Assembly (NCBI GenBank): GCA_010365205.1
Contig: JAAFGU010000001.1
Coordinates: forward strand, 12,672 to 41,651
DNA: 28,980 nucleotides
Source of the DNA: Aromatoleum sp.
GTDB taxonomy: Bacteria; Pseudomonadota; Gammaproteobacteria; Burkholderiales; Casimicrobiaceae
Direction: 5' to 3'
Shown one piece after another: positions 1 to 9,363 of this stretch. Position 1 is the stretch's first letter, and the number at the start of each line of letters is the position of its first letter. The position numbers and the translations under genes were made by a program. Below the pieces are notes generated by a model. The model did no database searches and was not told the origin of the DNA. It saw only the letters and a program-made list of their open reading frames with translations.

Positions 1-1
1 G

Positions 2-1744
2 CTGTCGAGCGAAGACGGTTCGCTGTGGCTCGTCGCCAACGGAGAGATCTACAACTACCGCGCATTGCGCGACGAACTCGCGGCGCTGGGCCACCGGTTC
101 AAGACCGGATCGGATAGCGAGACGATCCTCCATCTCTACGAACAGTACGGCGACGACTGCGTCACCCGCCTCAACGGCATGTACGCGTTCGCGCTCTGGG
201 ACGCGCGCCGCCGGCGGCTTCTCGTCGGTCGCGATCGGCTCGGGGTCAAGCCGATCTACCTGTGGAACGACGGCAGGCGGCTGGTATTCGCGAGCGAGGC
301 GAAGGCGATTCTCGCGCTGCCGGGTGTCCGCGCGGAACTCGATCCGGCGGCGCTGTCGTCGTATCTCGCTCTGGGCTATGTGCCGGCGCCGCAGTCGATC
401 TTCCGGGGGATTCGCAAGCTGCCGCCCGCGACACTGCTGTCGGCCGAAAACGGACGCGTCAGCGAGAGGCGTTACTGGACGTTGCCGTCCGAGGTCGACC
501 GATCGCGCTCCGAGGATGACTGGGTGGCGCAGATCCGTGCCCGGCTCGAGGAGTCGGTGCGGATGCAGATGGTCAGCGACGTGCCGATTGGCGCCTTCCT
601 CTCAGGCGGCGTCGATTCGAGCGCCGTCGTGGCGTTCATGTCGGCGCACAGCGACCACCCGGTCAAGACCTACGCGATCGGTTTCGGCGGCGGCGAGGCC
701 GAGGCGTTCTACAACGAACTGCCCTTTGCCCGGCAGGTCGCGCAGCAGTTTGGCACCGAGCACCACGAGATCCTCGTGCGTCCGGACGTGGTGTCGCTGC
801 TGCCGCGGCTGCTGTGGCACATGGACGAGCCGATCGCCGACACCGCGTTCATCACGACGTACTTGGTGTCGCAGTTCGCGCGGAAGGACGTCACCGTGAT
901 CCTGTCGGGCGTGGGCGGCGACGAGCTCTTCGGCGGTTACCGGCGCTACCTCGGCAGTCACTATCAGGCGTACTTCGACCGGCTGCCGAACGGCCTGCGG
1001 CGCGCGGCATCGGCTCTGGGTGAAAAGCTGCCGAGCGACCGGCATTCGCCGCTCTTCAACGCGCTGCGGTTGGCCAAGGGATTCCTGTCGACGGCAGGAT
1101 TGCCGTTCGAGGAGCGCTACCGGTCCTACGTGCAGGTCTTTTCCGACGACGTGGCGGACGCGCTCCTGCGCGCGCCGCGCAACCGCGATCGCGACCCGCT
1201 CGCCGACGCCTTCCGCGCGGCCACGGGTAGCGACGAGATCAACCGGATATTCGCGGTGGACGCGCAGACTCAGTTGCCGGACGACCTTCTGCTGCTCACC
1301 GACAAGATGAGCATGGCGGTTTCCCTCGAATGCCGCGTGCCGCTGCTCGACCATGAGCTGGTCGAGCTTGCCGCGCGGATGCCGCACGAGGTGAAAATTC
1401 GCGGCGGCCGCCTCAAGCACGCGATGAAGGCGGCATTGAAGGACGTGCTGCCCCCCAACATCCTCCGGCGCAAGAAGCGCGGCTTCGGCACGCCGATGGG
1501 GGCGTGGCTCAAGGGCGAGCTTGCGCCGATGGTGCGGGATCTGCTGTCCGCAGACGCGGTCGCCGCGCGCGGGCTCTTCCGCCACTCCGAGGTCGCGGCG
1601 CTGATCGCCGCGCACGACGCCAACCGAATCGACGGCACCGATCGTCTGCTGACGCTGCTCAATCTCGAGATCTGGGCCCGGATCTACCTCGACCGGCGCT
1701 CGCCGGCCGATGTCGCCGACGAACTGAAGGCCGTTGCGTCGTGA
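2..1744 (+). CDS. asnB: Asparagine synthase (glutamine-hydrolysing)-like amidotransferase, EPS/exosortase-A-associated type; 5' end lies outside the window
   Basis: Frame is open from base 2 (LSSEDGSLWLVANGEIYNYR). Motifs NGEIYN, DSE, GMYAFA, RDRLGVKP, PP-loop FLSGGVDS, LSGVGGDELFGGY, SLECRVPLLD, RRKKRGFGTP. Confidence 0.92.
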   Translation: MSSEDGSLWLVANGEIYNYRALRDELAALGHRFKTGSDSETILHLYEQYGDDCVTRLNGMYAFALWDARRRRLLVGRDRLGVKPIYLWNDGRRLVFASEAKAILALPGVRAELDPAALSSYLALGYVPAPQSIFRGIRKLPPATLLSAENGRVSERRYWTLPSEVDRSRSEDDWVAQIRARLEESVRMQMVSDVPIGAFLSGGVDSSAVVAFMSAHSDHPVKTYAIGFGGGEAEAFYNELPFARQVAQQFGTEHHEILVRPDVVSLLPRLLWHMDEPIADTAFITTYLVSQFARKDVTVILSGVGGDELFGGYRRYLGSHYQAYFDRLPNGLRRAASALGEKLPSDRHSPLFNALRLAKGFLSTAGLPFEERYRSYVQVFSDDVADALLRAPRNRDRDPLADAFRAATGSDEINRIFAVDAQTQLPDDLLLLTDKMSMAVSLECRVPLLDHELVELAARMPHEVKIRGGRLKHAMKAALKDVLPPNILRRKKRGFGTPMGAWLKGELAPMVRDLLSADAVAARGLFRHSEVAALIAAHDANRIDGTDRLLTLLNLEIWARIYLDRRSPADVADELKAVAS

Positions 1745-2961
1745 GGGTGCTCTACGTCTGCCACCGGTTCCCATTTCCGCCGAAACGCGGCGGCAAGATC
1801 CGCCCTTTCAACATGATCCGGCATCTCGCGCGCGAGCACGAGGTGCACGTGGCGTCGATCGTGCGTTCCGCGGCGGAGGCGGCGGAAGGCGAGGGCCTGG
1901 CGAAGTACTGCAAGGGGTACGCGATGGGCCGGGTGCGCGACCCCGTCCAGGCGCTGCGCATGGTCGCGCGATTGCCGACGCCGACGCCGTCGTCGATGGG
2001 ATTCTTCTACTCGCCGGGCCTCGCGCGCGAGGTCCGGCAGACGCTCGCCCGCGAGCGCTTCGACCTGATCTTTGTCCATTGTTCCTCGGTGGCGCAGTAC
2101 GTCGAGGATGTCGCGGGGATTCCCAAAATCCTCGACTTCGGCGACATGGATTCGCAGAAGTGGCTCGATTACGCGCGGTACAAGCCGTTCCCGCTGTCGC
2201 TGGGCTACTGGCTCGAAGGCAGGAAGATGGAGCGGGCGGAGAAACGGCTCGCCGGCCGCTTCGACCTGTGCACCGCGACCACCCGCGCCGAATGGGAGAC
2301 GCTCGAGGCGTACCGAACGAGCGCGGACTCCGACTGGTTTCCGAACGGCGTCGACGGCGAGTACTTTGCGCCGACCGACGAGCCCTACGATGCCGACACG
2401 ATCACCTTCGTCGGGCGCATGGATTACTATCCGAACCAGGAGTGCATGTTCGATTTTTGCGCCACGACGCTGCCGCTGTTGCAGGCGAAGCGGCCGGCGG
2501 CGAAGCTGCTGATCGTGGGCGCGGACCCATCGCCGGCCGTTCAGCGGCTGAGCAAGCTTCCGGGGGTCACCGTCACCGGCTCGGTGCCCGACGTCCGGCC
2601 TTACCTGCGCCGGTCCGCGCTGATGGTGGCGCCGCTCAACATCGCGCGCGGCACGCAGAACAAGATCCTCGAGGCGATGGCGATGGGCGTTCCTGTAGTC
2701 ACCAGCCGCGTCGCGGCCGGCGGCGTCGATGCGGAAGCGCCGGAACACTTCCTCGCCGCGTCCACGCCGGCCGAATATGTCGCCGCGATGCTGCGGGTGA
2801 CCGAGGACCCCGTCGAGCGGCGGCGGCTGTCGGCCGCCGGACGGGCGCGCATGCTGGACCGTCACGCCTGGGACAAGTCGATGCAACGCCTGGACGGTAT
2901 CATCGACCGCTGTCTTGCCAACCATTCACGCGCGGGCGCGGGGCGCCCGCAAGTTCGCTAG
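1741..2961 (+). CDS. GT4 glycosyltransferase, PEP-CTERM/exosortase-associated sugar transferase type
   Basis: GTG start overlaps the asnB stop (GTGA). N-terminus MRVLYVCHRFPFPPKRGGKIR, plus DFGDMDSQKW, FVGRMDYYPN and ARGTQNKILEAMAMG, typical of this subfamily. Confidence 0.88.
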   Translation: MRVLYVCHRFPFPPKRGGKIRPFNMIRHLAREHEVHVASIVRSAAEAAEGEGLAKYCKGYAMGRVRDPVQALRMVARLPTPTPSSMGFFYSPGLAREVRQTLARERFDLIFVHCSSVAQYVEDVAGIPKILDFGDMDSQKWLDYARYKPFPLSLGYWLEGRKMERAEKRLAGRFDLCTATTRAEWETLEAYRTSADSDWFPNGVDGEYFAPTDEPYDADTITFVGRMDYYPNQECMFDFCATTLPLLQAKRPAAKLLIVGADPSPAVQRLSKLPGVTVTGSVPDVRPYLRRSALMVAPLNIARGTQNKILEAMAMGVPVVTSRVAAGGVDAEAPEHFLAASTPAEYVAAMLRVTEDPVERRRLSAAGRARMLDRHAWDKSMQRLDGIIDRCLANHSRAGAGRPQVR

Positions 2962-2970
2962 GATCGCATC

Positions 2971-4287
2971 GTGGACATCAGCATCTTCGGTTTGGGCTAC
3001 GTCGGCGCGGTTTCGCTCGCCTGCCTCGCGCGGGACGGGCATCGGGTCGTCGGGGTCGACGTCGATCAAGCGAAGCTCGACCTCATTGCCGCGGGCAAGA
3101 CGCCGGTGGTCGAGGAGGGCATGGTCGATCTCGTGGCCGACGCGGTCGCCAGCGGCCGGGTGTCGGTCACCCGCGACACGCGCGAAGCGGTGATGAACAC
3201 CGAACTCTCGCTCATCTGCGTGGGGACGCCCTCCGCACCCAACGGCAGCCAGGACCAGTCGGCGATGCTGCGTCTAGCCGCCGATCTCGGCACGGCGATG
3301 CGCGACAAGGCGGAGCCGCATTTCTTCGTGTTCCGGTCGACGTTGGTGCCGGGGACGGTCGAGGACGTGCTGCGCCCGCTGATCGAGTCCGCCTCCGGCA
3401 AGCAGGAAGGCAGCGACTTCCACGTCTGCTTTCAGCCGGAGTTCCTGCGCGAGGGATCGTCGATCCGCGACTACGACAAGCCGCCGTTCACCGTCGTGGG
3501 CGCCAACGCCGCGGCGCCGGCGGACAAGCTGCGGCAGCTTTTCGCCCATCTCCCGTGCGAGTTCCACGTGACCTCGGTGCGCTCGGCGGAGATGGTGAAA
3601 TACTGCTGCAACAACTTCCACGCGCTGAAGATCACCTTCGCCAACGAGACCGCGCGCGTCTGCGAGGCGATGGGCGTGGATCCGTTCGAGGTCATGGAGC
3701 TCGTGTGCAAGGACCGGCAGCTCAACATTTCGCCGGCTTATCTCAAGCCCGGGTTCGCGTTCGGCGGATCGTGCCTGCCGAAGGACCTGCGCGCGACGCT
3801 GCACTTTGCGAAGATGCGCGATGTCGACCTGCCCGTCCATGCGCACATTCTGCCGTCCAACCGTGCCCACATCGATCACGCGATCGCCAAGGTGCTGGAG
3901 TCCGGGCGGCGGCGCATAGGCATGATCGGCCTCTCGTTCAAGACTGGGACCGACGACCTGCGCGAGAGCCCGCTGGTGCTTCTCGCCGAGCATTTCATCG
4001 GCAAGGGCCTCGATCTGCTCGTCTACGACCCCGAGGTGCACCTGTCCAACTTGCTCGGCGCGAACCGGCGCTTCATCGAGAAGCACGTGCCGCACATCGG
4101 CACGCTGCTGCGCAGGGAGATGGCGGACGTCATCGCGGAAACGGACCTGCTGGTCGTTGGCCTGAACGACGCGCGTACGCTCGAGGCGCTGCGGAAGCAT
4201 GCGCGCCCCGACCAGGTCGTCGTGGATCTCGTCGGGATCGCGGACCGGAAGGACTTGCGCGCCGAGTACGTAGGGCTGTGCTGGTGA
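2971..4287 (+). CDS. algD: GDP-mannose 6-dehydrogenase-like (UDP-glucose/GDP-mannose dehydrogenase family)
   Basis: Rossmann motif ISIFGLGYVG, ICVGTPS, PEFLREG, catalytic GFAFGGSCLPKD, GLSFKTGTDDLRESP. The N-terminus closely resembles AlgD; the exact nucleotide-sugar substrate is not proven. Confidence 0.8.
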   Translation: MDISIFGLGYVGAVSLACLARDGHRVVGVDVDQAKLDLIAAGKTPVVEEGMVDLVADAVASGRVSVTRDTREAVMNTELSLICVGTPSAPNGSQDQSAMLRLAADLGTAMRDKAEPHFFVFRSTLVPGTVEDVLRPLIESASGKQEGSDFHVCFQPEFLREGSSIRDYDKPPFTVVGANAAAPADKLRQLFAHLPCEFHVTSVRSAEMVKYCCNNFHALKITFANETARVCEAMGVDPFEVMELVCKDRQLNISPAYLKPGFAFGGSCLPKDLRATLHFAKMRDVDLPVHAHILPSNRAHIDHAIAKVLESGRRRIGMIGLSFKTGTDDLRESPLVLLAEHFIGKGLDLLVYDPEVHLSNLLGANRRFIEKHVPHIGTLLRREMADVIAETDLLVVGLNDARTLEALRKHARPDQVVVDLVGIADRKDLRAEYVGLCW

Positions 4288-4291
4288 AGCG

Positions 4292-5257
4292 ATGACGGCG
4301 GGCATTGCGGCGAACCTGCTCGCGATGGTCCTGCTGGCGGGCTACCTTCTGCGCCGGGCCTTTCCCGCCACGGAGGCGGTGAGGCTGCGCAACGCGTTGC
4401 TGCTGCAGCCGAGCCGCGCCGAGGACTTCGCATGGACGCCGCCGGGATTCCCGCCGGGGTTCAAGGCGGAACGGCGCGACGCCGACGACGACGTGCGGGC
4501 CATCGTCAGCGAACTCGGCGTCGACCGATTGCCGGACGACTGGTCGCGTGCCGTCAGGCTGGCCGGGCACCTGACCGAGCGTGCGGACGAACGCGGGCCA
4601 TTGCAGGCCGACCTCATGACGTCGTACCGCGGCATCCGGGAGGGCTACGGTTATTGCGCCGATTTCGTGAAGGTGTTCCTCGCGCTCGCGCACGCCGCGG
4701 GCCTGTGCGCCCGGCAGTGGGCCTTCTCGTTCGACGGCTTCGGCGGCCACGGCCACACGTTCGTGGAAGTCTTCGACCGACAGCGGCGGCGGTGGTTGTT
4801 CCTCGACGTTCATGGAAACTTCCATTTCGTGGATCCGTCGACCGGCGAGCCGCTGGGTGCGCTCGACGTGCGCGAGTTGCTGCAAGGGCGCATGGCGCTG
4901 CTCTCGATGAAATCAAACGGCCCGGGCCGCCCCGGTTTCCGCTATCCCGAAAAGGCGCTCGACTACTACCGACTCGGGTTGGCGGAGTGGTACCTGTGGT
5001 GGGGGAACGCCGTGTATTCGTACTATCGCCATCCGGCGGTCGCGGCGGCGGCGCGACTGTCGAACTGGCTCGCCCACCTGGTCGCGATCGTCGTCGGCGT
5101 CCAGCCGCGGATCCGGATCCTGGGCACCGTCGAGAATCAGCAAGTCATCGCGCGGATGTTCCGCTTGCGCCGGCAGCTGCTGGTCATCGGGACGGTCTGG
5201 TTGCTGCTCCTGTGCGCGCTGTTGATTCAGTTCGCGTCGCGCGGGGGCCGGCTTTAG
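4292..5257 (+). CDS. Transglutaminase-like domain membrane protein
   Basis: Cys/His/Asp spacing of the transglutaminase-like core: GYCADF, AGLCAR, GHTFVEVF, WLFLDV. Hydrophobic segments at both N- and C-termini. Confidence 0.7.
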   Translation: MTAGIAANLLAMVLLAGYLLRRAFPATEAVRLRNALLLQPSRAEDFAWTPPGFPPGFKAERRDADDDVRAIVSELGVDRLPDDWSRAVRLAGHLTERADERGPLQADLMTSYRGIREGYGYCADFVKVFLALAHAAGLCARQWAFSFDGFGGHGHTFVEVFDRQRRRWLFLDVHGNFHFVDPSTGEPLGALDVRELLQGRMALLSMKSNGPGRPGFRYPEKALDYYRLGLAEWYLWWGNAVYSYYRHPAVAAAARLSNWLAHLVAIVVGVQPRIRILGTVENQQVIARMFRLRRQLLVIGTVWLLLLCALLIQFASRGGRL

Positions 5258-5274
5258 GCCGCGCCGGACCGACA

Positions 5275-6441
5275 ATGGGCCGCGGAATCTCCGACCGGCG
5301 AACACCGCGGGCAACGGATGAATCGGGCGCCGCCGGGCGTGCGAACGCGCGACGCCCGATCGCGGTCGGACTGGTCGGGCCGCTGCCGCCGCCGTCGGGC
5401 GGGATGGCCAATCAGACCCGGCAGCTCGCGCGGCTGCTGCGGGAAGCCGGACTCGTGGTCGAGATCGTTCAGGTCAACCGGCCGTACGCGCCGGCCTGGA
5501 TCGAGCGCGTTAGCGGCGTGCGGGCGCTTTTTCGGCTGTTGCCCTACGCGGCGCGGCTGTGGCGGTGCGCGGGCCGCGTCGACGTCTTCCACGTGATGGC
5601 GAATTCCGGTTGGGCGTGGCATCTGTTCGCCGCGCCGGCGGTGTGGATCGCGCGCCTGCGAGGCGTCCCGGCGGTCGTGAACTACCGGGGAGGCGAACTC
5701 GCGGCCTTCCTCGAGCGGCAGATACGATGGGTACGGCCGACGCTCGCGCGCGCTGCGGCGATCGTCGTCCCGTCGGGATTCCTCCAGGAAGTATTCGCCC
5801 GCTGGCGCGTGCGTGCGGAGATCGTGCCCAACATCATCGACCTGTCCCGTTTTGCGCCGGGTTCGCGCGATCCCGCGGCGCTCGACGTCCTCGTGTCCCG
5901 GAATCTCGAAGACATCTACGACATCGCGACCGCGATCGAGGCGTTCGCGGCGATCCGCGCTCTGCACCCGCAGGCGCGGCTGACCATCGCCGGATCGGGA
6001 CCCCGACGTGCAGATCTCGAAGCGCTTTGCGCGAAGCTCGCACTCGGCGCTGCCGTCCGCTTCACCGGCAGGGTGGACAACGAACAGATGCCCGACCTTT
6101 ACCGGAGCGCCGACGTCCTCCTCAACCCTTCGCTGGTCGACAACATGCCAATCTCCTTGCTCGAGGCGATGGCGAGCGGAACGCCGATTGTCACGACGAA
6201 CGTGGGCGGGATTCCGTTCCTGGTCGAGGACGGCAGGACGGCGCTGCTGGTCGAGCCGCGGCAGCCGCAGGCAATGGCGGCGGCGGTGCTGCGCCTGATC
6301 GACGACCCGGCGCTCGCGACCCGGCTCTCTGACGCCGGGCTCGCGGCGGCCCGAAATTACACGTGGCCCAAGGTCCGGCCGCGGCTCTTCGACGTGTACG
6401 CGCGCGCGATTGGCCGCTCGGTGGAGGGACGCGACGCATGA
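5275..6441 (+). CDS. GT4 glycosyltransferase
   Basis: ATG at 5275 (start could be slightly downstream). Motifs VGPLPPPSGGMANQ, SRNLEDIYD, NPSLVDNMPISLLEAMASGTPIVTTNVGGIP. Confidence 0.88.
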   Translation: MGRGISDRRTPRATDESGAAGRANARRPIAVGLVGPLPPPSGGMANQTRQLARLLREAGLVVEIVQVNRPYAPAWIERVSGVRALFRLLPYAARLWRCAGRVDVFHVMANSGWAWHLFAAPAVWIARLRGVPAVVNYRGGELAAFLERQIRWVRPTLARAAAIVVPSGFLQEVFARWRVRAEIVPNIIDLSRFAPGSRDPAALDVLVSRNLEDIYDIATAIEAFAAIRALHPQARLTIAGSGPRRADLEALCAKLALGAAVRFTGRVDNEQMPDLYRSADVLLNPSLVDNMPISLLEAMASGTPIVTTNVGGIPFLVEDGRTALLVEPRQPQAMAAAVLRLIDDPALATRLSDAGLAAARNYTWPKVRPRLFDVYARAIGRSVEGRDA

Positions 6442-8102
6442 GCAACGCGGATCGATTCATCGGCGTGACGCTGGAGGGTCCGGGTTGGGCGACCGCGGGC
6501 TCGACTCAGGCGCGCGGGCATGCCCACCTCGATGACCGCTTTCTGACGGCCGTCGAGATCGCGCGCGTCATCGACGAATGCCCGTCCGACGAGGTCTGGT
6601 GCGCAACGGTCGGAAAGCTCAACGGCTGCTTCGCGCTCGTCAGCCGGCGCGCCGGCGCGGTAATGGCCGCGGTCGACCGGCTGCGCAGCATTCCGCTCTT
6701 CTACCGGGTAGCCGACGCCGGAGGCGAGATCAGTGACAACGCGCTCTCGTTGCGCGATCGCTTCGCAAGTTGGACTGCCAATCCCGCGGGCGACGCCGAA
6801 TTCCAGCTCACCGGTTACGTGACGGGGGGCGAAACGCTGGTCAACGAAGTGCGACAACTCCAGGCCGGGGAGATGCTGCGCTGGGACGTCGGTACCTCGA
6901 GCAAACCGGAACGCCGGCGCTATCACGAGTTTCGGCATGGCGACTATTTCCGGGCGGACGCGCCCGAACTCATCGAGCGGCTCGTGGCGACGCACGAGCG
7001 CGTGTTCCGGCGGCTGGCGAACGGTGCTTCGGGACGCACGCTCGTCGTGCCGCTGAGCGGTGGCTACGACTCGCGGCTCATCGGGGTCTCGCTGCGCGAT
7101 CTCGGGCTGCGCGACGTCATCTGCTACAGCTACGGTCTGCCGGGAAACTGGGAATCGCGGATCTCGCAGGAGCTGGCGCGCTACCTCGGGTTCCGCTGGG
7201 AGTTCGTGCCCTACTCGGCCGAACGCTGGCGGGCGTGGGCGGCTTCCGAGCGATTCGCGCAATACTTCCGGAAGGCCGGCAACCTGGCGTCGATCCCCCA
7301 CATCCAGGACTGGCCCGCGGTAGCTGAACTGCAGCGCGCGCATGCGGTTCCGCCCGACAGCATCTTTGTTCCCGGCCATTCCGGCGATTTCCTGGCGGGC
7401 AGCCATATTCCGCGGGATTTTTTGAACGGCCGACCGGTTTCCAGGCGCGCGCTGCTCGACGCGCTTCAGCGCGCCCATTATTCGCTCTGGGATTGGCCCG
7501 CCGGCGGCCGGTCCGCGCAGCAGGCCGGATTCGACCGGCGTATCGAGGGCGTCATCGGCGCCGTGCCCGATGGCTCGCCCGATCTTGCAGCCGATCTCTT
7601 CGAGCGCTGGGACCTGCAGGAGCGGCAGGCCAAGTTCATCTGCAACTCGATGCGCGTCTACGAGGACTTCGGCTACGAATGGCGGCTGCCGCTGTTCGAC
7701 CACGAGCTGATGGATTTCTGGGCGCGGGTGCCGGTGGAAATGCGCGTCGGGCGCAGCCTTTATTTCCAGTTCGCCGCGGAACGGCAGCACATCCCGGTGA
7801 CGTCGCCCAACACCGATCGCAATGTCGTTGCGCGCGGTCTCGTCCGGGGAATGGAGATGGTCGGCCTGATGCCCTTGGCAAAGCGCGCGCGGCGGCTTTA
7901 CCGCAGGCTGCGCTGGCGGCGGGAGTACGAGGCTTCGTCGCTTGGGTGGTTTGCCGTTGTCGATTCAGATTATTTTCGGCGCACGTATACTGGGCACGAG
8001 ATCGTTCATTCCTACGTCGCGCTTGCCAGCAGGAATGTCACACTTTCCGAATCAGGCGGACGCGACCGTCGACAGGTACTTCCAGCGATTCGCGCGAGCT
8101 GA
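6438..8102 (+). CDS. Asparagine synthase-related protein (synthetase domain intact, glutaminase domain degenerate)
   Basis: ATGA overlap with the upstream GT. Motifs KLNGCFALV, AVDRLRSIPLFY, VPLSGGYDSR, PGHSGDFLAG, EWRLPLFDHELMDF. No N-terminal Cys. Confidence 0.8.
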   Translation: MSNADRFIGVTLEGPGWATAGSTQARGHAHLDDRFLTAVEIARVIDECPSDEVWCATVGKLNGCFALVSRRAGAVMAAVDRLRSIPLFYRVADAGGEISDNALSLRDRFASWTANPAGDAEFQLTGYVTGGETLVNEVRQLQAGEMLRWDVGTSSKPERRRYHEFRHGDYFRADAPELIERLVATHERVFRRLANGASGRTLVVPLSGGYDSRLIGVSLRDLGLRDVICYSYGLPGNWESRISQELARYLGFRWEFVPYSAERWRAWAASERFAQYFRKAGNLASIPHIQDWPAVAELQRAHAVPPDSIFVPGHSGDFLAGSHIPRDFLNGRPVSRRALLDALQRAHYSLWDWPAGGRSAQQAGFDRRIEGVIGAVPDGSPDLAADLFERWDLQERQAKFICNSMRVYEDFGYEWRLPLFDHELMDFWARVPVEMRVGRSLYFQFAAERQHIPVTSPNTDRNVVARGLVRGMEMVGLMPLAKRARRLYRRLRWRREYEASSLGWFAVVDSDYFRRTYTGHEIVHSYVALASRNVTLSESGGRDRRQVLPAIRAS

Positions 8103-8167
8103 GCCGGCGTTCCGTGATATGACCTGCACCTGACGAACCGAGACTCGCGGCGACAATCATCCATAGT

Positions 8168-9244
8168 ATGTCGGCAAAGCCACGCCTGATCGCGTTTTAC
8201 CTTCCGCAATTCTACCCGACCCCGGAGAACGACGAGTGGTGGGGCAAGGGATTCACGGAGTGGACCAACACCGCGAGGGCCAAGCCACTATTTCGTGGCC
8301 ACTACCAGCCGCACATTCCGGCCGACTTGGGATTTTATGACCTGCGCGTGCCTGAAACGCGCGAGGCGCAGGCGGACATGGCGAGAGCGTACGGCATCGA
8401 AGCGTTTTGCTATTACCATTACTGGTTCGGAGGTCGCCGCATTCTTGAACGGCCGTTTCAGGAAGTGACGTTGTCAGGACGCCCGGATTTCCCGTTTTGC
8501 GTCTGCTGGGCAAACCAGAGCTGGACGGGGATTTGGCACGGCGCGCCCGATCGTGTTCTGATCGAACAGACGTATCCCGGCGACGATGACTATCGCGCGC
8601 ATTTTGATTATCTCCTGCCGGCCTTCTCCGACCGGAGGTACGTGACCGTCGACGGGAACTCCCTGTTCGTCATTTACCGTCCTCACCAAATTCCAGACGT
8701 GCGGCGGGTCACCGATCTGTGGCGTGGACTTGCCATCAAGAACGGCCTCCCAGGACTGCATCTCGTGGGCGTGCATGACGATCCCCATTGGAATCCGGTC
8801 CAACACGGGTTCGACGCATCCACGTGTCAGCGGCTGCCGCAACGCCGGGGCTGGATTTCCAGACGACGACCGATGACGTGGGCGGGACAGAAGATTGCCG
8901 AACTGAGGGGCATTCCGACCGTTCATCGTTATCAGGACGTGCTCGCCGAATTGATGCCGGTCCAAGAGCCTGGTGTCGAGAGCTATCCGATGGTCGTTCA
9001 TGCGTGGGACAACTCCCCGCGTTCCGGTCGGGACGGGCTGGTTCTTCACGAATCTGATCCCGAATTGTTTCGTCAAGTGTTGAAACGTGCCTTCGAATTG
9101 CGGGTCGCCGCGCCACCCTCGCGCAAGATAGTGTTTCTGAAATCATGGAATGAATGGGCCGAGGGAAACCACCTGGAACCGGATCTGAAATTTGGCCATG
9201 GTTTCCTGCGTGTTGTCCGGGAAGAGTGGGAGCGGATGCAGTAA
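8168..9244 (+). CDS. WbsX-family glycosyltransferase / GH99-like domain protein
   Basis: Family signature IAFYLPQF..TPENDEWWGKGFTEWTN, LGFYDL, FCYYHYWF, CWANQSW, WDNSPR, SWNEWAEGNHLEPD. Confidence 0.88.
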   Translation: MSAKPRLIAFYLPQFYPTPENDEWWGKGFTEWTNTARAKPLFRGHYQPHIPADLGFYDLRVPETREAQADMARAYGIEAFCYYHYWFGGRRILERPFQEVTLSGRPDFPFCVCWANQSWTGIWHGAPDRVLIEQTYPGDDDYRAHFDYLLPAFSDRRYVTVDGNSLFVIYRPHQIPDVRRVTDLWRGLAIKNGLPGLHLVGVHDDPHWNPVQHGFDASTCQRLPQRRGWISRRRPMTWAGQKIAELRGIPTVHRYQDVLAELMPVQEPGVESYPMVVHAWDNSPRSGRDGLVLHESDPELFRQVLKRAFELRVAAPPSRKIVFLKSWNEWAEGNHLEPDLKFGHGFLRVVREEWERMQ

Positions 9245-9265
9245 GCATCTTCCGCCGGTCCGCGA

Positions 9266-9302
9266 GTAGCCGGATGCGGCATTTTCTTGCGCATCCGCCT
9301 AT
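9266..9302 (+). repeat. REP-like GTAG-initiated imperfect palindrome
   Basis: GTAG-C-CGGATGCG-gcattttcttg-CGCATCCG-C-CTAT in the intergenic gap; perfect 8-bp core stem. Single copy in this window. Confidence 0.4.
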
Positions 9303-9311
9303 GGACCAGGG

Positions 9312-9325
9312 CGTCATCGATGACG
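9312..9325. promoter_or_regulatory. Perfect 14-bp palindrome, candidate operator
   Basis: CGTCATCGATGACG is its own reverse complement, lies 38 bp upstream of the GTG at 9364 and is followed by AT-rich ATTATTACT. Confidence 0.3.
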
Positions 9326-9363
9326 ATTATTACTGACCGCGGAATTGTCGCGTTGCTGCCGTA

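Noticed and set aside
1734-4295. 853-aa plus-strand alternative-frame ORF spanning two genes
   Set aside because: Low-complexity Arg/Gly/Ala translation overlapping the GT4 and algD-like genes out of frame; explained by GC-rich codon bias.
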